Positions 28,441 to 39,807 are shown, numbered from the stretch's first letter. The stretch is 64,000 bases of DNA from an uncultured Muribaculaceae bacterium (GCA_964510535.1 CAZECG010000010.1:3027-67026); one strand, 5' to 3'. A program made the numbers and translations. The notes: a model not told the origin generated them from the sequence alone.

Positions 28441-29484
28441 ATGCCTAAATATAAACGCAGACCGACAATCAACGAATCTCTTCCGGGGCTTTTCGATGAA
28501 TTTGAAATCGACATGACCCGGGAGGAGCTGCCCATTCACCCCTCAATCAAAGAGCACGCCACACGCGTGATGTTGAGCGGAGGCATAGAGAAGACGGAGA
28601 CGGCAGGCGACAACGCCGTCGAGCCGTTGCAAGCCATCGCCGTCGGCAGCAGGTTGAAATTCATCTCGTTTGGCAGCGGCAGTAGCGGCAACTGCGCATT
28701 TATCGGCGATGACAACGGCGGCTTTCTCATCGATGCCGGAGTCGACCCCGCGAAGATATTGCCCGAATTGCGGAAACACGGAATCAAGACCGAAAAAATA
28801 GCCGGAATCATACTCACCCACGACCATGGCGACCATGTGAGATATGCCTACTGCCTACTCAGGCGCAACCCTCACATGTCGCTCTATTGCACCCCCAAGG
28901 CCTTCAACGGCATCCTGCGACGCCACAACATCTCGCGACGCATAAAAGATTACCACAAACCCATTTACAAAGAAATACCCTTCGAGATCGGCGACTTCAA
29001 GCTGACGGCGTTCGAGGTGCAGCACGACGGATCGGACAACGCCGGATTTTTCATCGAACACGGCTCCCACACATTCGCCATCGCCACCGACCTCGGTTGC
29101 GTAAGCCAAAGAGCCGACTTCTATATGCGTCAAGCGCGATACATCATAATCGAAAGCAACTACGACAAGGAGATGCTTATCGCCGGACATTACCCCGAGT
29201 ACCTGAAGGCACGCATACTCGCCGACAACGGACACCTCGACAATGTGGACGCCGCCGCTTACATAGCCTCAATCTACACCCCTCGGCTGACCCATGTGTT
29301 CTTGTGCCACCTGAGCCACGACAACAACACACCCGAAAAAGCCACCGAAACCATGAAAAACGCATTACAGGCAAAAGGGGTGGTAGTCGGCGACGGCTCC
29401 GACAGCATCGAATCGCGCGAAGCGCAAATCCAAGTAATGGCACTCCCGCGGTTTGAACCCACCAGAATGTTCATCTTCCGATAA
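28441..29484 (+). CDS. MBL-fold metallo-hydrolase
   Basis: 347 aa. 'ILTHDHGDHV' metallo-beta-lactamase motif and a distal 'LCHLSHDNN'. Confidence 0.85.
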   Translation: MPKYKRRPTINESLPGLFDEFEIDMTREELPIHPSIKEHATRVMLSGGIEKTETAGDNAVEPLQAIAVGSRLKFISFGSGSSGNCAFIGDDNGGFLIDAGVDPAKILPELRKHGIKTEKIAGIILTHDHGDHVRYAYCLLRRNPHMSLYCTPKAFNGILRRHNISRRIKDYHKPIYKEIPFEIGDFKLTAFEVQHDGSDNAGFFIEHGSHTFAIATDLGCVSQRADFYMRQARYIIIESNYDKEMLIAGHYPEYLKARILADNGHLDNVDAAAYIASIYTPRLTHVFLCHLSHDNNTPEKATETMKNALQAKGVVVGDGSDSIESREAQIQVMALPRFEPTRMFIFR

Positions 29485-29513
29485 TCGTCACAACCCTTAG
29501 CAGAAACCCGACA

Positions 29514-30656
29514 ATGAAGCAATTGAGAATCGGTTTTGACGCAAAACGCGCCGTGCGCAACTTCACGGGACTGGGAAATTACAGCCGCCTGATTGTCGAC
29601 TCGCTCGCCCGACGCTATCCCGGCAACCAATATCTGATGTACTCTCCCGACGCGCGCCCCAACCGGCGGCTCGCCCCGATTCTTGACCTCGAAAACGTGG
29701 AACTCAGATTGCCGGCGACAACCGCAGGCAAAGCGATGCCTTCGCTGTGGAGGATAAGCGGCATAACCGGCGACCTGCGCCGAGACAAAATCGACCTCTT
29801 CCACGGTCTCAGTAACGAGCTGCCGCTTAACATCGAAAAGAGCGGTATACCATCTGTGGTAACCATCCACGACGTGATTTTCAGGCATTTCCCTCAATGC
29901 TACAAACCGATTGACCGAAAAATTTACGATTACAAATTTGCGAAAGCCGCACGAGCCGCCACACGCGTCATAGCAATAAGCGAATGCACCCGCCGCGACA
30001 TCATCAACGCCTACGGCATACCTGCCGGGAAAATCGACGTGGTCTATCAAGGCTGCGACCCCTCTTTCGCCAAGGACGTGACAGACACGGAAATTGAAAA
30101 TCTACGGACGAAGTACGGCCTCGACGGCCCGTTTATAGTGACAATCGGCACCGTCGAGACACGCAAAAACCAGCTTCTCGCCGTCAAAGCCCTACGCGGG
30201 CTTCCCGCCGACATATCGCTCGTGATTGTCGGCCGACAGACCCCCTATGCCGACGAGATACGCCGCTACATCGCCGCCAATTCCCTCTCTGACCGCGTCA
30301 AGTGGATTGACAACGCGCCGTTCGCCGAGTTACCGGCATTCTACCGCGCCTCCCTGTTCTCGACCTACACATCCCGCTATGAAGGATTTGGTCTCCCGGT
30401 CATCGAATCACTCTCAGCCTCGACCCCCGTTATCGTCGCGTCAGGCTCATGCCTCGAAGAAGCCGGAGGCCCTTCGACACCGGCAGTCAACCCCGACGAT
30501 GTCGACGAGATGATACACCAATGCCGTCTCATGATTGACGACACCAATCACCGCACCTCGACAGCAGCGGCAGGACACGACTACGTCGCCCGATTCAATC
30601 AAGAGGCTTTCACCCGCAAAGTGATGGAAGTTTACGACAAAGCCTTAACCAACTAA
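29514..30656 (+). CDS. Glycosyltransferase family 1 (GT4-type)
   Basis: 380 aa. C-terminal 'YEGFGLPVIESLSASTPVIVAS' is an E-x7-E-type GT-B motif. Confidence 0.85.
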   Translation: MKQLRIGFDAKRAVRNFTGLGNYSRLIVDSLARRYPGNQYLMYSPDARPNRRLAPILDLENVELRLPATTAGKAMPSLWRISGITGDLRRDKIDLFHGLSNELPLNIEKSGIPSVVTIHDVIFRHFPQCYKPIDRKIYDYKFAKAARAATRVIAISECTRRDIINAYGIPAGKIDVVYQGCDPSFAKDVTDTEIENLRTKYGLDGPFIVTIGTVETRKNQLLAVKALRGLPADISLVIVGRQTPYADEIRRYIAANSLSDRVKWIDNAPFAELPAFYRASLFSTYTSRYEGFGLPVIESLSASTPVIVASGSCLEEAGGPSTPAVNPDDVDEMIHQCRLMIDDTNHRTSTAAAGHDYVARFNQEAFTRKVMEVYDKALTN

Positions 30657-30673
30657 CCCACCACATACCACCA

Positions 30674-31687
30674 ATGAGCAAACGTTTATTGATAGTCGGC
30701 GCGGGGGGCTTCATCGGCGGGTTCATAGCCCGGCGGAGCCTCCAATTAGGCTACGACACCTGGGTAGCGGTCAGAGAAACCACCTCGCGGCGGTATCTCG
30801 ACGACCCGCGCCTGCATTTCCTCGTCCTCGACTACGAGAACACCGACGACATAGCACGCAAACTGGCCGACGCCATGCCGGCAACCGAGCGTTGGGACTA
30901 CATAATCTACAATCTCGGTGCCACCAAATGCGTCAACTTCGCCGACTTCAACCGCATCAACTACCAATACCTGCGCAACTTCACCGACGCGCTACAGCAA
31001 TCCCGCCGCATTCCGTCACGGTTTCTGTATGTCAGCAGCCTGAGCGCGCTCGGACCGGTCAGAGAGGCCGACGGGCTACCAATCGACGGCACCGAGGTAC
31101 CACTCCCCGACACCCGTTACGGAGTATCGAAAATCAAAGCCGAGACCCACCTCGAAACCATACCCGGTTTCCCATACATAATATTCAGGCCCACCGGCGT
31201 TTACGGCCCTCACGAACAAGACTACCTGATGATGATTAAATCAATCGACTCTCATTGGGATTTCGGCGTTGGCTACAAGAAACAGATGCTAACGTTCATC
31301 TATGTGGAAGACTTGGTCGAAGCCATGTTCGCAGCACTTGAATCGGGCGTCACGCGAAAAAAATACATCATCTCCGAAGATGCCGCATACACCCAGGACG
31401 AATTCCGCGCCATCGTCGCCAAAGAACTCGGCGTGAAATGGGTTATACCGGTTAAACTACCATTATGGATGGCCTATGTCGCCTCGGTCGTCGCCGAGAA
31501 ATGGGGACTTATCAGACTGAAACCCAGCACCCTCAACCGAGACAAATACAAAATCATGCGCCAACGCAACTGGTCGTGCGACATCAGCGCGGCTAAGAGC
31601 GATTTCGGGTTCGCTCCAAGATTCACGCTCGCCGACGGAATCCGCGAAACCGTCAAATCCTACCGCCAATCAAAGAAACAAACGTAA
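30674..31687 (+). CDS. NAD-dependent epimerase/dehydratase family protein
   Basis: 337 aa. 'LLIVGAGGFIGGFI' Rossmann motif and 'YGVSK' catalytic Y-x3-K. Confidence 0.85.
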   Translation: MSKRLLIVGAGGFIGGFIARRSLQLGYDTWVAVRETTSRRYLDDPRLHFLVLDYENTDDIARKLADAMPATERWDYIIYNLGATKCVNFADFNRINYQYLRNFTDALQQSRRIPSRFLYVSSLSALGPVREADGLPIDGTEVPLPDTRYGVSKIKAETHLETIPGFPYIIFRPTGVYGPHEQDYLMMIKSIDSHWDFGVGYKKQMLTFIYVEDLVEAMFAALESGVTRKKYIISEDAAYTQDEFRAIVAKELGVKWVIPVKLPLWMAYVASVVAEKWGLIRLKPSTLNRDKYKIMRQRNWSCDISAAKSDFGFAPRFTLADGIRETVKSYRQSKKQT

Positions 31688-31950
31688 TGGAAACACGGAC
31701 AAAAACCCCATGGTGGGTAATCACGCTGATAATCATCGCAATGCTACCCGGATTCGCATTCCCGCAACTGCTGTCGGCCACAGAACCCGCCACACAAGCC
31801 CGCGTGTTCGTATGGCTCTACCCCCTCTACCTGCTCGCCGCCGGAGGGCTCGCCTACATCTGCTACCAACAGCGGCAAACCGTCACTTGGATGATACTCA
31901 TCCTCATGCTTATGACCCACGCCGCCCTCTGGACACTAATCCTTTATTGA
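31687..31950 (+). CDS. Small hypothetical membrane protein (three hydrophobic helices)
   Basis: 87-aa ORF. Its ATG overlaps the epimerase stop (TAATG). I recognised no family. Confidence 0.5.
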   Translation: METRTKTPWWVITLIIIAMLPGFAFPQLLSATEPATQARVFVWLYPLYLLAAGGLAYICYQQRQTVTWMILILMLMTHAALWTLILY

Positions 31951-32196
31951 TATAACCGACACCCGTTTTAAATCTTTCACCGCATCCCATCCCTCAGCCC
32001 TCGCAAGTATATAGAGAACACCCGATTCCGAGTAAGAGCAACGTTGACGATTCAACGCCGCTTGAAACCCGTCACGAACCATTGAGTTTGCAATTGTAAA
32101 TGCGCCGTAAGGAGGCACAACAGCCTATGTTGATAAATTCTTACGGCTAAGGGGAATTTTATTGAATTTATAGATGTAAATTCTGAAAGTTTTAAC

Positions 32197-32204
32197 TATC
32201 TTTA
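32197..32204 (+). promoter_or_regulatory. Candidate -7 box (TATCTTTA, one mismatch) upstream of rsmH and the dcw cluster
   Basis: Motif read directly, 47 nt before ATG 32251. Confidence 0.35.
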
Positions 32205-32250
32205 CGTCCCGAAAACCTATAAACATTTTAGCCGCTTTCAACCCCTTGCA

Positions 32251-33159
32251 ATGACCGAGCAAGCCTACCATATTCCAGCCCTTCTTCCCGAGGTAATCCA
32301 AGGGCTAAACATCAATCCCGACGGGATTTATGTCGATGTGACGTATGGCGGCGGAGGCCACTCCCGCGCCATTGTCGACTCACTGTCGCCAAAAGGGCAT
32401 CTCTACGGGATGGACCAAGACCTTGACGCTGTGTCGAGAGCCATGACCGACCCGCGTTTCACAATCATCAGAGGCAACTTCCGATTTATCGGAAATTTCC
32501 TGCGGTTCTACGGGATTGACAGCGTCGACGGCATTTTGGCCGACCTCGGCGTTTCGTTCCACCACTTCGACGACCCCGCGCGCGGCTTCTCGTTCAGATG
32601 GGAAGGACCGCTCGATATGCGCATGAACCAATCCGCGCCGACCGATGCCGCGAAAATCTTAGCCGACTACCCCGAAGAACGCCTCGCCGACATATTCTAC
32701 CTCTACGGAGAGCTGAAATCGGCGCGCCGCATAGCGTCGGCTATCGTCAAAGCCCGCCTGACAGCCCCGGTCGACACCGTAGAGCGGCTTCTATCCATAG
32801 TCTCACCCTTGATAAACCCGCGGCAGGAGAAAAAAGAACTCGCCCAACTGTTCCAAGCTCTGCGCATTGAAGTCAACGGCGAAATCGACGCGCTGAAAGC
32901 ACTGCTCTCCGCCTCGCTGAAAGCGCTGAAACCCGGTGGACGACTTGCCGTCATCACCTACCACTCCCTTGAAGACCGCCTCGTCAAGAATTTCATGCGC
33001 GACGGCGATTTCTCAGGCACCCCGCAAAAAGACTTTTACGGACGCAGCCTCGCCCCGATGAAACTGCTCAACTCCAAGCCAATCACCGCTTCTGACTGCG
33101 AAGTGGAACGCAATCCGCGCTCTCGCAGCGCAAAACTACGCATAGCCCAAAAACTATAA
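32251..33159 (+). CDS. rsmH: 16S rRNA (cytosine1402-N4)-methyltransferase
   Basis: 302 aa. 'DVTYGGGGHS', 'DLGVSFHHFD' and 'AVITYHSLEDR' RsmH motifs. Confidence 0.95.
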   Translation: MTEQAYHIPALLPEVIQGLNINPDGIYVDVTYGGGGHSRAIVDSLSPKGHLYGMDQDLDAVSRAMTDPRFTIIRGNFRFIGNFLRFYGIDSVDGILADLGVSFHHFDDPARGFSFRWEGPLDMRMNQSAPTDAAKILADYPEERLADIFYLYGELKSARRIASAIVKARLTAPVDTVERLLSIVSPLINPRQEKKELAQLFQALRIEVNGEIDALKALLSASLKALKPGGRLAVITYHSLEDRLVKNFMRDGDFSGTPQKDFYGRSLAPMKLLNSKPITASDCEVERNPRSRSAKLRIAQKL

Positions 33160-33188
33160 ACCGTCAACGACAGCGACACCAAAACCAA

Positions 33189-33545
33189 ATGGCACCATCA
33201 AACAGACAAACGTCCAACGACAGCGACAAAGGCTCGTGGTTCATGCGCATAAGGCACGGACGACTGCTGTCGACCGACTTTTTCGCTCGAAACTGGGTCA
33301 TTGTCCTGACAATAATCATCATGTTTCTGATTTACATCACTAACAAATACCAGTGCCAGACCCGCATGGAAACCATACAGTCGCTGCAACACCGACTTGA
33401 GATAGTCAAGACCGAGTGCGTCCTGCAGCAAAGCCGCTACATGAGCCGCACACGCGAATCGGCTATGCGCGAACTCGTCGACACTATGCACCTCGGGCTT
33501 AGCATTCAAGAACTCCCACCCTACAAAATCAGCAGAGAACGATGA
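33189..33545 (+). CDS. ftsL: FtsL-like cell division protein
   Basis: 118 aa, with a single TM helix followed by a coiled-coil-like segment. Positioned between rsmH and ftsI. Confidence 0.65.
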   Translation: MAPSNRQTSNDSDKGSWFMRIRHGRLLSTDFFARNWVIVLTIIIMFLIYITNKYQCQTRMETIQSLQHRLEIVKTECVLQQSRYMSRTRESAMRELVDTMHLGLSIQELPPYKISRER

Positions 33546-35638
33546 GCGCAAAAGCAAAAGGAAAAGGGAAAGGAAAAGGAAACCGCGAGCATATCCTTTG
33601 GAGATATTTCATCATATCATTCTTCATATTCCTATTCGCAGCCAGTATCGCCGTGAAGCTATTCAGCACCACTGTGATACACGCCGACAAATGGAACGAG
33701 AAAGCCGAGAAAGAGATGTCAAAGGTCATAACCATCAAGCCCGAGCGCGGTGAGATTCTCGCCTGCGACGGCAATGTGCTGGCGACCAACCTGAGATACT
33801 ACACCCTACGCCTCGACTACCGCAGCGAACGGTTCAAAGACGGGCGGTTGCTGCTGTCAATCGACTCGCTCGCCGACTCGCTCGCCACATACTTCCCTCA
33901 CCGCGACCGAAAGGAGTGGAAAAAACACCTGACAAAGCCGCTCGACAAAGAGCCTGCCGAACGCCCGCGCGCCCGCCTCATACTCCGCGACATTTCATTT
34001 GCCGACTTAGAGATGGTGCGCTCCCGCTTTCCCTACCTCAACCAAAAGAACCGCAACCGCAGCGGACTCACCATCGAGTCGCGGTTGCGCCGGCGCAACC
34101 CCTACGGCGACATGGCGCGGCGCAGCATAGGTTCCATCTCTGAAGACACCACCGGCGAGGTGCACGGCGTATCTGGGCTTGAAATGGCTCTTGACTCGCT
34201 GCTCTACGGCGTTCCGGGAAAAGCAAAGAAAATTCCGCTTACACACAACATTGTCAACTGGACCGACATCGAACCCATACGCGGTTACGACATACGCACC
34301 ACAATCGACATCAATATGCAAGACATCGTCGAGAACGAGCTGAACGCCATTCTTGAGGAAAAAGATGCCGACTGGGGCGTCGCCGTGCTCATGGAGGTAG
34401 CGACCGGCGACATCAAAGCCATCTCAAACTTGGAGAAAAACCCGAAAACCGGACACTACATCGAGGGGATGAACCGCGCCGTCCTCGGCTACGAACCCGG
34501 CTCGGTTGTCAAGACCCTATCGATGCTCGTGGCTCTCGAAGACGGGATAGTAAGCAACCTCGGCGAAGCCATACCGACCGGCAGCTCATACGCCTACGCC
34601 GGCGGGCGACCCATCACCGACTCCCACCACACGACATCCCTGCGCGTCGACGAGGTGCTCGAACACTCATCCAACATCGCCATGGCCCGGATTATCACCC
34701 GCGAATACGACAAAAAACCGTCGGCCTACTACAAACGCATCGAACAGTTAGGTTTTTTCGACCCGATGAACACAGGCATCGCCGGCGAGCGCATCCCGAA
34801 TTTCCCGCGCAACCCCTCCCGGTTGACGCTGTCACGCGTCAGCTACGGCTATGCCACCGAAATACCGCCTCTGTCAACCCTATCAATCTACAACGCCATC
34901 GCCAACGACGGCAAATACGTCAGACCCCGGCTGGTCAAAGAGCTGATAGGCGATGGACGCGACTCGATCCTGCCCGTAACCTATATCCGCGACAGCGTCT
35001 GCTCGGTTAAGAACGCCCGAATACTCCGCGAAATGCTAAAAAAGGTGGTGTGGGGCGAACGCGGCACCGGGAAACTGCTACGCAATCCGCTTGTTGAAAT
35101 CGCCGGGAAAACAGGCACAAGCTACATGGTCGACAGCGGACGCTACAACACCGCTAAAAAACGCCTGTCGTTCTGCGGATTCTTCCCCGCCGACAAACCC
35201 CTATACTCCTGCATCGTGCTCACCTGCCGCCCGCGCGAAGGTATGCGCGGGGCAGCCGCCACAAGCGGCATGGTGCTGAAAAACATTGCCCTCAAAATGT
35301 ATTCGCGGGGTATGCTCAACAACTCGTCAGACTATCGCGAAAACCCCGTGCAAGGAAGCCGCCCGACGATATTCGCCAACACCGAGAGCCGCTACACGGC
35401 AATCAAGACCGGACTCGACATAGCATCGCTCCGCCACTTCCCAAAAACCCAGCTCACACCCCCCGGCACCGTCCCGTCGGTGGTAGGGCTCGGACTGCGC
35501 GACGCTATTGCGGCGATGGAGAGAGCCGGATATGTGGTAACATTCACAGGCACCGGATATGTCGCCACGCAGGCACCATTGGCAGGCACCCGCTTCATGC
35601 CGGGCGGGAAAGTCCACATCACTCTCACCCAACATTAA
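33542..35638 (+). CDS. ftsI: Penicillin-binding protein 3-type transpeptidase (FtsI)
   Basis: 698 aa. N-terminal anchor, 'GSVVKT' (SxxK), 'SSN' and 'KTGT' transpeptidase motifs. ATGA overlap with ftsL. Confidence 0.9.
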   Translation: MSAKAKGKGKGKGNREHILWRYFIISFFIFLFAASIAVKLFSTTVIHADKWNEKAEKEMSKVITIKPERGEILACDGNVLATNLRYYTLRLDYRSERFKDGRLLLSIDSLADSLATYFPHRDRKEWKKHLTKPLDKEPAERPRARLILRDISFADLEMVRSRFPYLNQKNRNRSGLTIESRLRRRNPYGDMARRSIGSISEDTTGEVHGVSGLEMALDSLLYGVPGKAKKIPLTHNIVNWTDIEPIRGYDIRTTIDINMQDIVENELNAILEEKDADWGVAVLMEVATGDIKAISNLEKNPKTGHYIEGMNRAVLGYEPGSVVKTLSMLVALEDGIVSNLGEAIPTGSSYAYAGGRPITDSHHTTSLRVDEVLEHSSNIAMARIITREYDKKPSAYYKRIEQLGFFDPMNTGIAGERIPNFPRNPSRLTLSRVSYGYATEIPPLSTLSIYNAIANDGKYVRPRLVKELIGDGRDSILPVTYIRDSVCSVKNARILREMLKKVVWGERGTGKLLRNPLVEIAGKTGTSYMVDSGRYNTAKKRLSFCGFFPADKPLYSCIVLTCRPREGMRGAAATSGMVLKNIALKMYSRGMLNNSSDYRENPVQGSRPTIFANTESRYTAIKTGLDIASLRHFPKTQLTPPGTVPSVVGLGLRDAIAAMERAGYVVTFTGTGYVATQAPLAGTRFMPGGKVHITLTQH

Positions 35639-35678
35639 ATCACCATTCCAACAACTTTCCGTTTTCAACTTCAAAGCA

Positions 35679-37136
35679 ATGAAAAAACTTTCGCAGTTAC
35701 TGTCAGCCATAACGGCCGAAGAGATAAAAGGGAAGCCGGAGCGAGAAATCACCGCTCTCACCAACGACTCGCGCCAAGCCGGACCGGGAACATTGTTTGT
35801 AGCCGTCAAAGGTGTGAGTGTCGACGGTCACAGCTTCATCCCCACACTTGACCCCGCGACAGCCGCCGTGGTTTGTGAGGAACTGCCGGCACGCCTCAAC
35901 CCCGACACCACCTACATACGCGTCAGCAATTCAGCCATCGCCCTCGGATGCCTCGCCTCGGAATGGTGGGACAACCCATCGCGACGCCTCAGCCTCGTTG
36001 GCGTCACCGGAACCAACGGCAAGACGACAACCGCCACACTGCTCTATGAAATGGCACGGCTGATGGGCGAGAAAGCCGGGCTGCTGTCAACCGTGGTCAA
36101 CTACATCGACACCGAAGCAGTCGAAGCCCGTCAGACCACACCCGATCCTCTGACAATCAACGCTTTGCTGGCACAGATGGTCAAAGCGGGATGCACATTC
36201 GCGGCAATGGAAGTCAGCTCCCACGCCGCACACCAGCACCGCATAGCCGGCCTGCACTTCGCCGGAGGCATTTTCTCCAACCTCACCCGCGACCACCTCG
36301 ACTACCACAAGACTTTTGAGGCCTATCTCGAAGCGAAAAAAGCGTTCTTCGACGAGCTGCCGGCATCGGCTTTCGCACTGACCAACATTGACGACAAAGT
36401 CGGCGAGGTGATGCTACAAAACACCCGCGCACACCGTCACACCTACTCCCTACGCGAGATGGCCGACTTCATGGGACGCATAATCGAAAGCCGCATCGAC
36501 GGCACACTCATGAGCTTCAACGGCAACGAAGTCGAAACCCGCTTCACGGGCCGGTTCAACGCCTACAACCTGACAGCCGTATACGGAGCGTCAATCCTCA
36601 TGGGATGGGAGCGAAACGATGTGCTGCGCGCCATGAGTATGCTCGTCCCCGTCGCCGGACGTTTCCAAGCCTTCCACTCCCCCAAAGGCTACACCGCCAT
36701 TGTCGATTACGCCCACACCCCCGATGCCGTGGTCAACGTGCTCACCGCCATCCGCGACATAATCGGCTCGGGCGGCGAAATAATCACCGTTGTCGGCGCA
36801 GGAGGGAACCGCGACAAGGGCAAACGCCCGATAATGGCGCGCGAGGCCGCACGGCTCAGCGACCGCCTCATTCTCACATCTGACAACCCGCGGTTTGAAA
36901 ACCCCGCCGACATACTGGCCGACATGGAAGCCGGCCTCGAAGTCACAGACCGCCGCAAGACACTTTCGCAGATAGACCGCCGCGAGGCCATCCGCACGGC
37001 GTGCGCTCTCGCCAAACCGGGCGACGTGATTCTCATCGCCGGGAAGGGACATGAAGACTACCAAGAAATAGAGGGGGTGAAACACCACTTCGACGACCGC
37101 GAAGTGGTCAACGAGATTTTCAAAACCGAGTGCTAA
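35679..37136 (+). CDS. murE: UDP-N-acetylmuramoyl-L-alanyl-D-glutamate--2,6-diaminopimelate ligase
   Basis: ORF 35559..37136 trimmed to ATG 35679, which removes the overlap with ftsI. '[12 protein letters not shown]' P-loop and 'DNPR' motif. Confidence 0.93.
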   Translation: MKKLSQLLSAITAEEIKGKPEREITALTNDSRQAGPGTLFVAVKGVSVDGHSFIPTLDPATAAVVCEELPARLNPDTTYIRVSNSAIALGCLASEWWDNPSRRLSLVGVTGTNGKTTTATLLYEMARLMGEKAGLLSTVVNYIDTEAVEARQTTPDPLTINALLAQMVKAGCTFAAMEVSSHAAHQHRIAGLHFAGGIFSNLTRDHLDYHKTFEAYLEAKKAFFDELPASAFALTNIDDKVGEVMLQNTRAHRHTYSLREMADFMGRIIESRIDGTLMSFNGNEVETRFTGRFNAYNLTAVYGASILMGWERNDVLRAMSMLVPVAGRFQAFHSPKGYTAIVDYAHTPDAVVNVLTAIRDIIGSGGEIITVVGAGGNRDKGKRPIMAREAARLSDRLILTSDNPRFENPADILADMEAGLEVTDRRKTLSQIDRREAIRTACALAKPGDVILIAGKGHEDYQEIEGVKHHFDDREVVNEIFKTEC

Positions 37137-37163
37137 CGATGTTATTTATCCAATAGGGCAATT

Positions 37164-38429
37164 ATGTTATACTATCTCTTTGAACTGCTGCAACAGACCG
37201 ACTTTCCCGGAGCGCGACTGATGAGCTACATCACCTTCCGCTCAGGGGCCGCGCTGGTGCTGTCGATTTTCATCGCCATCTTCATCGGACGGCGCATCAT
37301 CGACCGGTTGCAGAAGATGCAAGTGGGCGAGATTATCCGCGACCTCGGTCTCGAAGGGCAAATGAAAAAAACGGGCACCCCCACTATGGGCGGCATCATC
37401 ATAATCATATCAATCCTCATCCCATGCCTGCTCATAGGCGACCTCTCCAACGTCTATATGCTGTTGATGATTGTGGCTACCTGCTGGCTCGGCGCGCTCG
37501 GATTCCTTGACGACTACATAAAGGTCGCCCGCAAAAACAAAGAAGGGCTCAAAGGAAAATTCAAAATCGTGGGACAGGTGGGCCTCGGGCTGATTGTGGG
37601 ACTGACAATGTACCTCAGCCCCGACATCGTCATACGTCAGAATCAGGAGGTGCAAAGCATCGAAAGCAACGAGGTAGTCGACGTAATTTATGAGAGCGAC
37701 GACATCAAATCGACCCAGACCACCATACCCTTTGTCAAAAACAACAACTTTGACTACGCCGATCTCACCGCATGGCTCGGCGACAACGCACAAACCGGTG
37801 GGTGGATACTGTTTGTCATCGTAACGATATTAGTGATAACGGCAACCTCAAACGGGGCCAACCTCACCGACGGGCTTGACGGACTTGCCACAGGCACCTC
37901 GGCAATAATAGGTGTCGCGCTCGCCATCATGGCATATCTCGGCGGCAACATCATCTATTCAGCCTACCTCAACATCATGTACATACCCCACAGCTCGGAG
38001 CTTGTGGTCTACATGGCAGCTTTCATCGGCGCGCTCATCGGGTTCCTGTGGTATAACGCCTATCCCGCGCAAGTGTTCATGGGCGACACCGGCAGCCTCA
38101 CGATAGGCGGCATCATAGCTGTATTCGCCATATTGATACACAAAGAACTCCTCATACCGATTCTTTGTGCCATCTACTTCGCCGAAGACCTCTCGGTGAT
38201 GCTCCAAGTGGGCTATTTCAAAATCACCAAACGGCGTTACGGACAGGGGCGGCGCGTGTTCAAGATGACCCCGCTCCACCACCATTTCCAGAAGGCCGGC
38301 AACAGCGGCATCGACGCACTTATACAGCGTCCGCTGCAGGCCATCCCGGAGTCCAAAATCGTGGTGAGATTCTGGATTATCGGCATTTTCCTCGCCGTGA
38401 TAACATTCGTGACTTTAAAAATCAGATAA
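37164..38429 (+). CDS. mraY: Phospho-N-acetylmuramoyl-pentapeptide transferase
   Basis: 421 aa polytopic membrane protein. 'GTPTMGG', 'NGANLTDGLDGLA', 'VFMGDTGS' and 'PLHHHF' motifs. Confidence 0.95.
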   Translation: MLYYLFELLQQTDFPGARLMSYITFRSGAALVLSIFIAIFIGRRIIDRLQKMQVGEIIRDLGLEGQMKKTGTPTMGGIIIIISILIPCLLIGDLSNVYMLLMIVATCWLGALGFLDDYIKVARKNKEGLKGKFKIVGQVGLGLIVGLTMYLSPDIVIRQNQEVQSIESNEVVDVIYESDDIKSTQTTIPFVKNNNFDYADLTAWLGDNAQTGGWILFVIVTILVITATSNGANLTDGLDGLATGTSAIIGVALAIMAYLGGNIIYSAYLNIMYIPHSSELVVYMAAFIGALIGFLWYNAYPAQVFMGDTGSLTIGGIIAVFAILIHKELLIPILCAIYFAEDLSVMLQVGYFKITKRRYGQGRRVFKMTPLHHHFQKAGNSGIDALIQRPLQAIPESKIVVRFWIIGIFLAVITFVTLKIR

Positions 38430-38454
38430 TTAAGACTATAACAACGATAACGCA

Positions 38455-39807
38455 ATGAAACAGAAACGACTTGTTGTTTTGGGTGGAGGCGAGAGCGGCG
38501 TCGGAGCCGCCATCCTCGGCAAAGAGAAAGGGATGGATGTGTTCCTCTCTGACTTCGGGACCATTCCCGAACGCTACCGCCGACAACTCGACAGCGAAGG
38601 CATAGCATGGGAAGAGGGCGGCCACACTGAAAGCCGCATTCTCGATGCCGACGAGGTTGTGAAAAGCCCGGGCATACCCCCCACAGCGCCCATCATGCAA
38701 CGCATCGCCGCAAAAAATATCCCCGTAATATCGGAAATCGAGCTGGCAGGCCGTTACACCAACGCCAAGATGGTGTGCATCACCGGCAGCAACGGCAAGA
38801 CCACTACCACGCTGCTGACCTATCACATACTCAAAAACGCCGGGCTTAACGTCGGGCTGGCGGGCAACGTCGGCAAAAGCCTTGCCCTGCAAGTCGCTCG
38901 CGAGCACCACGACGTGTATGTCATCGAACTAAGCAGCTTCCAGCTTGAAAATATGTATGATTTCAAGGCCAATATCGCAGTGCTGATGAACATCACCCCC
39001 GACCATCTCGACCGCTACGACTATAAGATGCAGAACTATATCAACGCCAAGTTCCGCATCATCAACAACCTCACCGCCGACGACGCCTTCATATTCTGGC
39101 AGGACGACCCCGTGATACAAGCACAGCTACGGCAATTGGACACCGAGGCGGCCATGTACCCATTCGCCGAGCATCGCGAGGAGGGCACCAAAGCCTATCT
39201 CGACGCTGAAGACGAATTGGTCATCAACACTCCGGGACATCATCTCGATATGCCGCGAGCCGACCTCGCACTCAACGGCCTGCACAACCTTTACAACTCC
39301 ATGGCCGCCGGTCTGTCGGCTTCGCTGCTCGACATAAAAAACGGGGATATACGCCAGGCCCTGAGCGACTTCGCCGGGGTAGAACACCGGTTGGAATATG
39401 TCGATACTGTCGACGGTGTGCGCTACGTCAACGACTCGAAAGCCACCAACGTCAACTCATGCTGGTATGCCCTCGAAAGTATGCCGCCTAAAGGGGTGGT
39501 GCTGATACTCGGCGGCAAAGACAAGGGAAACGACTACTCCGAGATACTCCCGCTTGTCTCCGCCAAAGTCAAGGCCATAGTCGCTATGGGCAAAGATAAC
39601 GCAAAGATTATCGACTACTTCACCGGCAAAGTGCCCGTGATTCGCGACACCCACTCGCTCCAAGAAGCAATCGCCGATTGCGCCGATTGCGCAACCGCGG
39701 GCGACACCGTGCTGCTGTCGCCGTGTTGCGCCAGCTTCGACTTGTTTAAAAGCTATGAAGACCGCGGCGAGCAGTTCAAAAACGCTGTGCGCTCCCTCAA
39801 AAAATAA
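38455..39807 (+). CDS. murD: UDP-N-acetylmuramoylalanine--D-glutamate ligase
   Basis: 450 aa. 'ITGSNGKTTTT' P-loop and 'NDSKATN' motif. Confidence 0.95.
   Translation: MKQKRLVVLGGGESGVGAAILGKEKGMDVFLSDFGTIPERYRRQLDSEGIAWEEGGHTESRILDADEVVKSPGIPPTAPIMQRIAAKNIPVISEIELAGRYTNAKMVCITGSNGKTTTTLLTYHILKNAGLNVGLAGNVGKSLALQVAREHHDVYVIELSSFQLENMYDFKANIAVLMNITPDHLDRYDYKMQNYINAKFRIINNLTADDAFIFWQDDPVIQAQLRQLDTEAAMYPFAEHREEGTKAYLDAEDELVINTPGHHLDMPRADLALNGLHNLYNSMAAGLSASLLDIKNGDIRQALSDFAGVEHRLEYVDTVDGVRYVNDSKATNVNSCWYALESMPPKGVVLILGGKDKGNDYSEILPLVSAKVKAIVAMGKDNAKIIDYFTGKVPVIRDTHSLQEAIADCADCATAGDTVLLSPCCASFDLFKSYEDRGEQFKNAVRSLKK

Noticed and set aside
31936-32118. 60-aa minus-strand ORF in the spacer upstream of rsmH, considered as a small protein gene or mraZ remnant.
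   Set aside because: It has no similarity to MraZ (no DxxxR-type repeats), no promoter-like box that I could find, and its 3' end overlaps the upstream gene's stop region. It is treated as non-coding pending transcript data.
33545-33585. KGKGKGKG-encoding purine-rich microrepeat at the 5' end of ftsI.
   Set aside because: It is short, in-frame and cytoplasmic, located before the membrane anchor. This is ordinary low-complexity sequence with no evidence of a regulatory role.
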